This document shows positions 1 through 10,204 of a DNA stretch of 64,000 nt, in pieces. The stretch is from the NCBI GenBank assembly GCA_963796965.1, contig CAWCNS010000016.1:128001-192000 (forward strand), read 5' to 3'. This DNA comes from Calditrichia bacterium (lineage in GTDB: Bacteria; Calditrichota; Calditrichia; JAJRVZ01). How positions within the stretch are numbered: the stretch's first letter is position 1; every line of letters begins with the position of its first letter. A program made the translations under genes and the position numbers. Below the pieces are notes generated by a model, which did not search any database, was not told the origin of the DNA, and was given only the letters and a program-made list of their open reading frames with translations.

Positions 1-581
1 CAGCCAGAGATAGCACGATACAAACATTAGATAATCAGATAAATAACCTAGTCCAGACTAATTATAGATTACTAAGGTGTCTGGTAAGATTATACTCGGC
101 ACGAAGATCCTTTGCATTACAACATGGACATCATTTACAGATTCCTGCCACATCAGCTGATTTCAGTAATTATATTCAGGCTGCTTTTTATTTACTTTGG
201 GTTGAAGTAATTACCTACCCTGTTTTAGTGTGGGGTTATTTCCAGAATAATGCTCCTGTGGCTCAGTATATTGTTCTTGGCTTGGTCGTCCTATCCCTTC
301 ATCGGTTTCTCCAACTTGTACCGCAAATCATCTCAACGCCAGTTTCTAATGCCAATCTTGGTGATAGTTACTCGTATCAGGTTGTGGCAGTTGATTCAAG
401 TACGGTAGATAAGTTAACCTATACACTCATCTCTCCACCTGGATTTCTTAGCATCAATAGTGCTACAGGATTTATAAGCGGTACACCATCCGACACGGGG
501 TCCTATATGATTAAAGTTATTGTCAGCGATATGTTTGGTGCAAGTGATGTGCAGGATTATCAATTAAAAGTTGATCCATAA
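1..581 (+). CDS. 5'-truncated membrane protein with C-terminal putative Ig (He_PIG/cadherin-like) domain
   Basis: The frame is open from base 3 to the stop at 581. Hydrophobic segments (AAFYLLWVEVITYPVLVW, YIVLGLVVLSL) precede PQIISTPV..YSYQVVAVD..LTYTLISPPGFLSINSATGFISGTP, a typical He_PIG motif. Confidence 0.7.
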   Translation, partial: ARDSTIQTLDNQINNLVQTNYRLLRCLVRLYSARRSFALQHGHHLQIPATSADFSNYIQAAFYLLWVEVITYPVLVWGYFQNNAPVAQYIVLGLVVLSLHRFLQLVPQIISTPVSNANLGDSYSYQVVAVDSSTVDKLTYTLISPPGFLSINSATGFISGTPSDTGSYMIKVIVSDMFGASDVQDYQLKVDP

Positions 582-643
582 ATTAAAAGTATATCAGAAA
601 AACATACCTTTTCATGCAAGAATAGTTATTCCTGGAAAAAAGT

Positions 644-3635
644 TTGAAGAAAATAATTGTTTATATAGTCATATTAATTATCCTTGGATGCAACCATCAG
701 CCAACGCTTATAGAACTACAGCGATTAGGTGTAACTGCTGTGAGCATGAGTGAAAAAAGGAAAATTGTTAATCTTGTAGAGAAGCATTACCTCTCGATAA
801 ATAGACAAGACTCGATTCTTAGTCACATAAATGAGATCGTAGAAACAACCATAAGCGAATACGATGTGAATATAAGATTAGAAAAAATGGAATTATTAGG
901 GAATGAAAATATTTATGAGACGGAGCTGAAAACTTCATGGCATAATTAAAGATTTTATTATTCTCAAGGCCAGAGAAGATTCGGTCGGGTGGAAAAATTG
1001 TTTAAGTCTTATTCTTCAAGTGGCTCAAGAGGTAGATTCTAAAACAAATAATCATTATTGGATAAATTTTATTAACCAACTCAAAACTTTTTCAAAATCT
1101 CAGGCATTGGCCTGGTTAATTGCAAAGGAAGCAAGTATACGATGTAAACAATATCATGATAAAGACCAACATTGGAAAATTGCTGAGCAATATGCCTCAA
1201 TTGGACTTGAGATGCTGCAAAAGATAAATGATAAACGTATACGCTTGGACATCCATCATAGAATACAATTTATCCTTGACCATTTTTATGGTTTACCGGC
1301 ACTATCTGTCACCATTGCAGAGATAAATGCACAAGATGCCATAAAAATAGGATACCATTTGCGAGCTGGCGGAATGTGGTTTCGAATGGCATGGACACTC
1401 CATACAATGGGAGAAATTGCAAAATCATATGAGATTAATCAAAAACTGATTAATTACACACAAAAATATCAAGATGTGCTCTTTATGGACTGGTATCAGA
1501 GAGAAAGTTCAATTCTTTTAGTTAATGAATATTGGCAACTGGGAAAATATCAAGAAGGACTGGATATATGCCATTCCATACAAAACCTGGATCTGACCTA
1601 TGATCAAATATACCGGATTACAAATATCGAAGGGTTGATTTATAGAGCACTTGGTCAGTATGAACAGGCAGAATTAAAGTATAATAATGCCTTACATTTT
1701 GCTGATAGTTCAGGTAATATCTATAATAGAGTCAGTATCCTGACTAATCTCGGGGTATTGTTCGATCAGCTTTCCGAATTTAAAAGATCTATTGATTATT
1801 TTACTACTGCCAGAAACCTTCTTGAAGCATCAAATCCGGAAAATCAGGAATACAGGGCTGATCTTACTATGAATATTATCAATATTTACCAGAAGATGGG
1901 AGAAAGTGATTCTGTGCTGATTCTTCTCAAAGAGGCCAGGGTGATTGTCGAGAATTCAGGAAATGTTGCTAGTAGAAAAGTAGATCTGCTCATGGCCCTT
2001 GGGCAGATTCATAATGCCCTTGGGCAGATTCGCGAATCCGTAGAACTTTTAGAAGAGGCAATCCAGATTTGTGATCAAAACAAAATGATTCATATTGGTC
2101 TTCAGTGCAATATTAAATTCATCGAAGGATTGATTCAGTTGCAAGAATATAGTCGTGCGGAAATTGTATTGAGAGAAATTTTAGAATTATCAGACCGAAC
2201 AAATGCTATTGAACGCATGATAGATGCCTTAGCAATTCAGTCCGAAATTCAATACCAAAAAGGAAATCTTGATGAGGCGATTCGAATATCAAACAAACTT
2301 ATTGATAAGATTCACACTTTGAGTCAAGAATTTGAGGCAAAAAATAGATTATATGCATACAGACAAAAAATATACGATTATCTGAAAAGATCAATTATAT
2401 ATGAGATTGCTCATGATCGGATTGATCTTGCCTATGCTAAATTAACTTATGCCAAACAGAGATCTTTCCTTGATATTGGATCCGAAATATCACCAAATAC
2501 TCATACATCGAATGCTGTCGTTCTTCAAGATTTATCTGGTTCAAAGTCGGAATTGGGTTTATCAGCTAACGTGTTGATGATGGACTATCTTTTGACAGAT
2601 AAAACGCTCTATGTTTTTGTTGTTGAACCGCAAGGCTTGAGATTACTACAGAGGAATATAGATTATAAAGATCTCCAAAAGAATGTAGTATTGTTTAAAA
2701 AAAATATCCTAAATACTATAAACAGTCTTAATAATTACAACAAAAATAAAATAGAAGAGCATTATTGGACATCCTGCAGATTAGGTTTTATTTTATATGA
2801 AGAAATAATAGGATCATTTGAACTAGATAAATTAATAAGTGAGTTCCAATATTTATGTGTAAGACCAGACGAGTTCTTACATGAAATACCTTTCGCTTCT
2901 TTGGTAGTGGATACTCTAAATAGTATCACCTACTTGGCTGAAAAAATAACTATATTAACTAACACGGACCTTTCCTCTATTACAAAATTTAAAGCTGCTT
3001 TGCCAGATCCATATTTTCGCAACAAAAAAGTTTTGATCAGTGCTGATACAGATATTCCAGGAGTCAAGGATTTGCTTAAATTTCTCAAATCCTATTTTAA
3101 TAACAGTTCAGAATTAGCCGTAATTCGAGACATTTCCAAGGAAAATGTTTTAATGGCTTTGAAGCATGATTATGATTTTTATATTATTATTGGACATGCC
3201 TATGCAAATGAAACATACCCGGAGAAGTCAGCAATAGAATTTGCTGTAAAAAACATTTCCTCTTCCACTACACAGAAAATTCTATTATCTATGTCAGATT
3301 TAGAGACCGTGTCATGGGGAGATGTCGACATGATCCTCTTAGTTGGTTGTGAGACAGGATCTGGAAGAGTTTACAGAAATTCAGGTATCTTTGGTCTTCA
3401 ACAAAGTTTAAATACCCTCGGGGCTAAAACTGTTCTTGGCACACTATGGAAAATTGATGGTCGCCATGCAACGGATTATATCAAAGATTTTATAAAACAT
3501 TGGACCTTTACAGGAAATCCTGCCCTGCTTTAAGAAAAACACAACTGGATGCTCTTCAGAATTTCAATGAATCACAAATTTTACAGAGGACCACATCCAT
3601 ATTTTTGGAGTGGCTATATCTTGTCATATAACTAA
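644..3635 (+). CDS. Lipoprotein-signal TPR + CHAT (caspase HetF-associated) protease; split by indels near 930 and 3525-3580
   Basis: ORF 644..949 (MKKIIVYIVILIILGC lipobox) joins the 1020..3533 frame, which is open back to ~930. TPR-like helices, CHAT motifs VRPDEFLHEIPFASL, IIGHA (His), LVGCETGSG (Cys) and VLGTLWKI are present. The canonical CHAT tail HPYFWSGYIL ends at TAA 3635. Confidence 0.85.
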
Positions 3636-3653
3636 TTTAAGAGAGGAGTTGCA

Positions 3654-3995
3654 ATGGACCAATCACAATATGTTTCTCCAGGAGAGAGAACGACACCACC
3701 TGGAGGGGGGCCTGAAGAAAATCCAAACTATACAAGGACAATAGTGAGTTCTCAAGGACTGCTCACACTGGCCTTTGGTTTTGCGTTAGGACTTACATTG
3801 GTAGTTATTTATTTATTATTCAAATTACCTCTTTTCCCTGAAGACATCCTTCGTTTGTTTCCTGCATTGTCCGAAAATAGTTTGATATCACTTCTCTATT
3901 ATTTCTTGTCGGGCTTTGTCGTCGGTTCAATAACTGCCGGATTATATAATTTACTGGTTGTAAAAAGACTCAACCTGTTCGGGCTTGAAAATTAA
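3654..3995 (+). CDS. Small two-TM membrane protein with Pro/Gly-rich N-terminal tail
   Basis: Strong RBS GAGAGGAG at ~3641; two hydrophobic segments; starts 18 nt after the reconstructed CHAT stop. Confidence 0.75.
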   Translation: MDQSQYVSPGERTTPPGGGPEENPNYTRTIVSSQGLLTLAFGFALGLTLVVIYLLFKLPLFPEDILRLFPALSENSLISLLYYFLSGFVVGSITAGLYNLLVVKRLNLFGLEN

Positions 3996-4303
3996 AGGCA
4001 TTAAAGATTAAATAGTACATCAAATCATACAAAATATAGTGAAAAGGCCCTAAAAAGAATAAATTAGTATTGTGGATCTTATTTTGAGAGAAATCTTCCT
4101 TCCCCTGTCTCTATATAAATGAAACCACTGAACAAAACCCTGAAACCTTCGTAAGAGACAGGTAGTTGGTGTTTTTGAAACCAACTGAAAATATTGCTTA
4201 CGCCTCTTCTATTGCATGGTAAGGTTGCGCAGTTAGACTTGTGGCTCACATACTTGACGTAAAAGCAGGGTTGGACATTTTAGCGTTCTGAAGGGAGTCT
4301 CTC

Positions 4304-5248
4304 ATGCATGCACATTATTATCACTCCGATGGATTAATGAATATAATAACAAAACCCTCTTATCAACCTGCATCATACTTTTCTGGTAATGTATCCAATC
4401 CGGCAGATCTCATCGATAAAATAATTTCGCATTATAAAATTGTTGAAAAAATCGGTGAAGGGGGGATGGGCTATATCTATAAAGCCATCGATTTAAATCT
4501 GCAGCGACCAGTAGCCTTAAAGATTCTACCGCCCCATTTATGCAAAAAGGAAGAGGAGAAAAATCTTTTTCTGCAGGAAGCACGTCTCCTTTCTGCGCTG
4601 GAGCATCCTTATATTTGCACGATCCATGATATCTTTGAGAGCGATGAAGGAGCCCTGTACATGGTGATGACCTGCTATGAGGGCAAAACCCTGCGCAAAC
4701 ATCTTCAGGAAGATACTGTCAACCAAGAGCGGGCTATCTCCATAATTAAACAAATCGCCTCCGGATTAACCGTTGCCCATGAAAAAGGAATTGTTCATCA
4801 GGATGTTAAGCCGGAGAATGTGATTATTACGACCAACGATATGGTAAAGATCATTGATTTTGGTATTGCCCAATTGATGGGCCATAACCTTAATGGGAAA
4901 AGCAAAAACTCCATGGGTACCATCGCCTATATGTCACCGGAGCAAACAAGCCGCGGTGTTATCGATCACCGCACCGATATCTGGTCACTTGGCATTGTTT
5001 TTTATGAAATGTTATCAGGAAGTCTTCCCTTTGATGATGAATTTGAACAAGCGATTATATATGCTATTATGAAGGAAAAACCAAAGGCCCTTAAAAATGT
5101 GCCAAAACAATTAAGTCGGATTGTAATAAAATGCCTCGAAAAAGACCGGCAAAATCGCTATAAAGATATACGTGAAATGCTAACTGATATCGAGGTGTTT
5201 CTGACCAGAAATAATAAGCTGAAATCCTTTGACCGGAAAGCTAGATAA
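4304..5248 (+). CDS. Hanks-type Ser/Thr protein kinase, stand-alone catalytic domain
   Basis: GEGGMG, VALK, HQDVKPEN, DFG, YMSPEQ and DIWSLG motifs; RBS GAAGGGAG. Confidence 0.93.
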   Translation: MHAHYYHSDGLMNIITKPSYQPASYFSGNVSNPADLIDKIISHYKIVEKIGEGGMGYIYKAIDLNLQRPVALKILPPHLCKKEEEKNLFLQEARLLSALEHPYICTIHDIFESDEGALYMVMTCYEGKTLRKHLQEDTVNQERAISIIKQIASGLTVAHEKGIVHQDVKPENVIITTNDMVKIIDFGIAQLMGHNLNGKSKNSMGTIAYMSPEQTSRGVIDHRTDIWSLGIVFYEMLSGSLPFDDEFEQAIIYAIMKEKPKALKNVPKQLSRIVIKCLEKDRQNRYKDIREMLTDIEVFLTRNNKLKSFDRKAR

Positions 5249-5323
5249 ATATGAATATTCAATATTCAACACGGAATATTCAATAGCCAATGTCCAGGGA
5301 GTGGAAAAAGTCAACCGATAAAC

Positions 5324-5351
5324 GTAGGGGCGAACCCAGGTGTTCGCCCTG
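5324..5351 (+). repeat. GTAG-type REP-like palindrome, copy 1
   Basis: GTAGGGGCGAACCCAGGTGTTCGCCCTG; a near-identical copy lies on the minus strand at 10776-10803. Confidence 0.8.
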
Positions 5352-5435
5352 CTGTGGAATAAATATTAAACATGGAATAGTCAATAATCATTCTTAAATC
5401 AGTATTAGCTATTCACGATTAAAATGCATATTTTA

Positions 5436-5512
5436 TATCCCATATCCCATATCCCATATCCCATATCCCGTATCCCGTATCTCGTATCCCGCATCACCTA
5501 TCCCGTATCCCG
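5436..5512. repeat. Heptamer tandem repeat (TATCCCR) x11, partly degenerate
   Basis: TATCCCA x4, then TATCCCG units with two variant units. Confidence 0.95.
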
Positions 5513-5519
5513 AAGCCCA

Positions 5520-6927
5520 TCACCCCACATACACCTTCAACTTTTTTAACAATTTCCTAAATACATCCGGTTTATCGGTGACAATACCATTTACGCCAGC
5601 TGTAAACGAATTATACATTTGTGAGGGCTCGTTAATGGTCCAGTGAATGATGGTAGAGAGTTTACTCTTTGCATTATAGTCCCGGTCTCGGGTAGCCTCG
5701 GTCATTTCTCCCAAATTTCCTGGTCTGAAAAGACTACCAATAGAGATAACAGAATTGTTCATTTTTCTCGCTACCTTTAAAGGGTCCTTTTTAAATCCGA
5801 ATATTGCCCCAAAGGAACCCTGGGCATCAAAGGCGAATTCACAACGGTTCTCTCCAGATTCTCGGAATCCCTTCTTTAGATGTTTTAAAACTTCTTCGCT
5901 GCCATTACTTATAATAAGACGGGCTGGTAAATCTGGAAATTTTTTAATCTCCCTGGCGAGTCGTTTACCATAGTCGATAAATAAAGCAGCGTCATCCACT
6001 TCATCCCACTTTGGATTTTTTACATCGAAGTACAATAGATTTAACTGTTCTCTTTCCTGCTGGGCAAATGCTAAAAATTCGCTCAATTCCGGGATATCAT
6101 GTTCCACCTTGTCCACGTGGTGATAGCGATATAATTTTTTTATCTGATTTAGTGTCAATTTAATGATGTCTAACTGATCATCGGATTTTAATTTTATTCT
6201 CCGACTGGTTTTGTAGCCCCCATTGATCAGATTCTTAATACGCGCCGTATTACCTGTAAAACTAAATTCAGGAGAAACAAGCTCAAAGGGAAATCCCTCA
6301 AAAAGCGTGCGATCCATCCTATCCGGATGCTTTACCGGTTCAGGATCATGGAAAATGACCAACTTTTTTTCTTTGGTAATACAAATATCAAACTCAAGCC
6401 CATTCGCACCAAGATCCACTGCCTTCCGAAATGAAGCCATCGTGTTCTCCGGAAAAAAATGAGGTGCCCCGCGATGGCCAATATTATAAATTTGTCTGAG
6501 GGGGATCCGAAGGATTAGCGGTGCAGTGGGTGTGGGATCAGAAATTAGATCATCATCATCAAAAAATTCATTGGTTTCGTAATCATCATCCCAACCAGAA
6601 TCCCAGTAAGGTAAACGAGCCGGGCAATAAAGAGGTAAGTGGGATGGTCTCAACTTCGTTAGCGGCCAATAATTGCCCATTTACTTTTGAAAAGTTTACC
6701 TTTTTAAAACTTACCCGAAGATAATGCGATTGACTGACATGATATCTGGGTGCATTTACCGTGAATACATCGTCATCAACATCATACTTTAATGAGCGAC
6801 GATTGAATCCAACCAGGGGATTGAAATCATTTATTTTTACTACATCTACCTGAATTCCATCTGATATAGTGAATTCATCATCTTCAAGAGGATCAAATAC
6901 GACGACTCTAACATATAGGGATTTCAT
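5520..6927 (-). CDS. Glycerophosphodiester phosphodiesterase (GDPD) with uncharacterised N-terminal domain; frameshifted near 6590-6680
   Basis: IGHRGA..PENTMASF..GLEFDI..VIFHD and WTIN..GVNGIVTDKPD motifs. The upstream ORF 6586..6927 has an RBS (GAGG) and overlaps in another frame. Confidence 0.8.
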
Positions 6928-7003
6928 TGTTTGCTACCTCTATGAATAGTTTTACGCTATATGAATTGTGTAATCTATATATTTATTGTTATAAGATCAT
7001 TTA

Positions 7004-8944
7004 TTAAAACGTAATCGCTATTCCCCATTTTACTAATATTCCAACATCAGCTGCTGCCATATCTATTACTTTTATTCGCCAATCTCCTTTTGCTGATTTA
7101 CTGATCAATTTACTAAACAAAGTAGGTTCATCGGCTGAGCGAAATGTTTTAATCAGATCATTACTATTTCCGCCGGTACGGTCCTGCAAAATTATTTCCC
7201 GCCCCTGAGGAGAAGTCAAAATCACTTGTAAATCACCAGACCAGGTGTGAGTAATCTCAATAGAAATTTCTATTTGTTTTATAATGACATCTAATGGAAA
7301 TGGAATGATAGAATCCACAGCACCAAGATCGGGAATGGTTCGCTGGATACGGTGTTCCATAGAGAGTACCTGGGGTAAGGTGTCTTCTCCTGTTCCTGTG
7401 ACTAGTTGCAGGGCTTTTTCAGCATTTATTCGGCCATAGCCGAAGACTTGAGAATGTCCTTCAATATAATTTCCATTGGTTGAATCAATTTTATCTGCAG
7501 TCTCAATCATAATTTGTTTTACTTCGGCTGAGCTGAAATCCGGGTTCTCGGAAAGGATCAAAGCAGCCAAACCTGCTGCTAACGGTGTAGAACTGGATGT
7601 TCCGCCAAAACTAAAAGTATAGTCACCGGCATTGTATCCCCGTGAACCCCGACGATCAGTTGTGACAATTTGTTTCCCCGGGGAACCACTGGAAGGTGCA
7701 CATAAAGTCAGTTCTTTTCCAAAATTGCTGTAATATGATTTTTCATCCAGACTGTTTGAAGCGCCTACCGAAATTACATCCGGATGCATTGCAAAACCTT
7801 GATGAGAGACTCTCCCATCTTTTATCCCTTTAAGAGGTCGGTTTTCATTGCCGGCAGCAAACAGGATAACACAACCCTTTTTATTTCTTCTGCCTTCTGT
7901 GGCTGTCTTATGTATCATGGCTGTCATCATGCTTGACAAAGGGAAGTTCCACGATGAGGCTGACCAGGAGCAACTGATCACATCTGCATGATGATCACTA
8001 GCATATTGAAAGAGATCCGTAATAGCATTATCTGATAACCAGCCTGATGTGCGAATAGGCATTAATGCACATCCTGGGGCCAGGCCAACAATACCTGTCC
8101 CATTTTCCTCTGCTACAGCGACTCCTGCACAGGCGGTACCGTGATTATCGGAATCATTTACAGGATTTGGTTGGAAATCATCTTGCCCAAAATCACGTGG
8201 TGAGATTATTTTTCCAGTAGTATTGAAATCCGGATGCTGCAAATCAAAACCATCATCCATGACACAAACATTTATATCACGTGATCCGCGGTTAATATCC
8301 CAGGCACCCTCCGCTTTTACATCTGCTCCTGTACGCATACCTGGCGCACCACCCCTGTTTTTCAAATGCCATTGATCTTTATACAAGTCATCAGATGGTT
8401 GATGTTTAAATGAGATCCGGAAAGCAAGATCGGGATCTGCGATTTCTATTGATTCATTAGCCTGTAATTTTAGTGCAATTTTGAGTGGATTCTCGGTTGA
8501 AAGAGAGGTTAATTTTACCAGATAACCACCAGGTAAATATTCTAAATATTTCACGATTCCTAAACCAAATTCCCTTAAGATTTCTTCCTGCTTTTCAGTT
8601 GAAACAGCAGAGGCAAATTGGATCGTTAATAGCCCGGTTGGTATCATTTCACTTCCCGGTGAATCTTCCAATGAATAGATATGGGTTGTTACATCAGCAC
8701 CCGGCGACTTTCTTAACTCGTCTATAGTGGATTCTGTTTCCTCTGAATTTATTACGGAAAATATGTTCATCTTAATAACTGCGGCTTCATCGATATGAAT
8801 TACAGTTGTCCGGGTTTTACCGCAGGCAGCTTCTAACGATTGTTCATTTCTGGCAGATCCCTGTTTTAATCTAATAGCAAATTGGTCACTTACTTTTGTA
8901 AAAGTTACAGGATCACCTCCGCGTTTAATTTTAATGATATCCAT
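7004..8944 (-). CDS. S8 subtilisin-like serine peptidase with C-terminal proprotein convertase P-domain
   Basis: Catalytic triad VMDDGFD / HGTACAG / GGTSSSTP, oxyanion AAGN, P-domain ITHTWSGDL..GDW; no signal peptide evident. Confidence 0.93.
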   Translation of the reverse strand: MDIIKIKRGGDPVTFTKVSDQFAIRLKQGSARNEQSLEAACGKTRTTVIHIDEAAVIKMNIFSVINSEETESTIDELRKSPGADVTTHIYSLEDSPGSEMIPTGLLTIQFASAVSTEKQEEILREFGLGIVKYLEYLPGGYLVKLTSLSTENPLKIALKLQANESIEIADPDLAFRISFKHQPSDDLYKDQWHLKNRGGAPGMRTGADVKAEGAWDINRGSRDINVCVMDDGFDLQHPDFNTTGKIISPRDFGQDDFQPNPVNDSDNHGTACAGVAVAEENGTGIVGLAPGCALMPIRTSGWLSDNAITDLFQYASDHHADVISCSWSASSWNFPLSSMMTAMIHKTATEGRRNKKGCVILFAAGNENRPLKGIKDGRVSHQGFAMHPDVISVGASNSLDEKSYYSNFGKELTLCAPSSGSPGKQIVTTDRRGSRGYNAGDYTFSFGGTSSSTPLAAGLAALILSENPDFSSAEVKQIMIETADKIDSTNGNYIEGHSQVFGYGRINAEKALQLVTGTGEDTLPQVLSMEHRIQRTIPDLGAVDSIIPFPLDVIIKQIEISIEITHTWSGDLQVILTSPQGREIILQDRTGGNSNDLIKTFRSADEPTLFSKLISKSAKGDWRIKVIDMAAADVGILVKWGIAITF

Positions 8945-9115
8945 CGTTTATTTCCTCCCATATTACCTGAAAAATATAATGAAGATATTATCATTATCAA
9001 ATAAACGCAACGCAAAATCCAATTAATTCATTTCATTCTGATGAACCGAGACATCAAAGAAGTTTAGGTGTTTATAACTGCAGATGAAATCCGATGATTA
9101 AGGGGTAGGAGATAG

Positions 9116-9592
9116 TCACACTTTTGGTTTTATTAACTTCTTATCAAATATTTCAACCAGAAAGAAAATAACCACTGCAATTAAGACGAATGAGAGGTTG
9201 CCGTTTAATTTTGAAAGAATATCGGAGCCATAGGAAGGTAAACGGCTTAGAAATGAATTTCCAATTTCCGCCAAAAATGGCAGAGGATTGATAAAATAGA
9301 AACTGATAGCCAGACCAATTAAAATGAGGGAGATAACAAAACCGGATTCGAATTTTTCCCACTTGCTTTCAGCTGATTCGGGAATATTTGAAATGACATT
9401 ACTGGCAAAGGTTTGTGACAATTCCGGAATAGTGTCTGATTGCAGAGACGAATAGAGAGTTTTATAGAGATGATAATTATGCTGACAACCCTGGCAACTT
9501 TTCAGATGCTCTTCAATGGCCAGACCATTATTCCTGACTTTATCATCCAGATATTGTTGGATTTGTTCATCACTTAAGTGTTTTTGTGTCAT
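9116..9592 (-). CDS. Zinc-finger (ZAS) anti-sigma factor, membrane-anchored
   Basis: HLKSCQGC (HxxxCxxC), two TM segments, overlaps the ECF stop by 4 nt. Confidence 0.85.
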   Translation of the reverse strand: MTQKHLSDEQIQQYLDDKVRNNGLAIEEHLKSCQGCQHNYHLYKTLYSSLQSDTIPELSQTFASNVISNIPESAESKWEKFESGFVISLILIGLAISFYFINPLPFLAEIGNSFLSRLPSYGSDILSKLNGNLSFVLIAVVIFFLVEIFDKKLIKPKV

Positions 9593-10182
9593 ATGGTTTC
9601 TCCTTGCAGCGTAGTGGCAAGAATTCCCTTTAGTTTTTTTCTACCTCTAAATAAGTAACTCTTTACCGTTCCTTCCGGCAGATCCATTATTTCTCCAATC
9701 TCCTGGTAGCTCATCTCCTCCAAATGAAAAAGGGTTAGGATGGCGCGGAATGGAGCAGGTAAATTCTCAATCTGTGTTTGAATAAACATATTACGGTCAA
9801 GAGACTCGACAAATTCCTCCGGAGTTGGATAGTTTGATTTTATAGATGCCATCCGATCCACATCCTCGATCGCTGTATTTCTATCTGATTTGCTATTCAT
9901 ATCATCAATCAGGGGTAATCTTTCTTTACGCATAAAATTTAGGGTTGTATTATATGCGATCCGGCCTATCCAGGTTGATAATTTTGATTCAAATTTAAAT
10001 TTTGAAAGATTTTGATGGACTTTTATAAAAACATCCTGACATATCTCCTCCTGGTCTTCTGAATTAGAAACCAGGCGATACACTATATGGGCTACCAATC
10101 TTTGGTGAGACTCAATCAATTTCTGAAATGCTTTGAGATCACCCCGTAGGATTTTATTTATGAGTACACGATCTTTTTCCAA
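9589..10182 (-). CDS. ECF RNA polymerase sigma factor (SigW-like)
   Basis: Region 2 EEICQDVFIKV..FESKLSTWIGRIAYN and region 4 MSYQEIGEIMDLPEGTVKSYLFRGR. Confidence 0.95.
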   Translation of the reverse strand: MEKDRVLINKILRGDLKAFQKLIESHQRLVAHIVYRLVSNSEDQEEICQDVFIKVHQNLSKFKFESKLSTWIGRIAYNTTLNFMRKERLPLIDDMNSKSDRNTAIEDVDRMASIKSNYPTPEEFVESLDRNMFIQTQIENLPAPFRAILTLFHLEEMSYQEIGEIMDLPEGTVKSYLFRGRKKLKGILATTLQGETI

Positions 10183-10204
10183 TACATCCCCGTTTTATAA
10201 GATA

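Noticed and set aside
5436..5512. Possible CRISPR array
   Set aside because: The units are 7-nt tandem repeats without spacers, and no cas genes are in the window.
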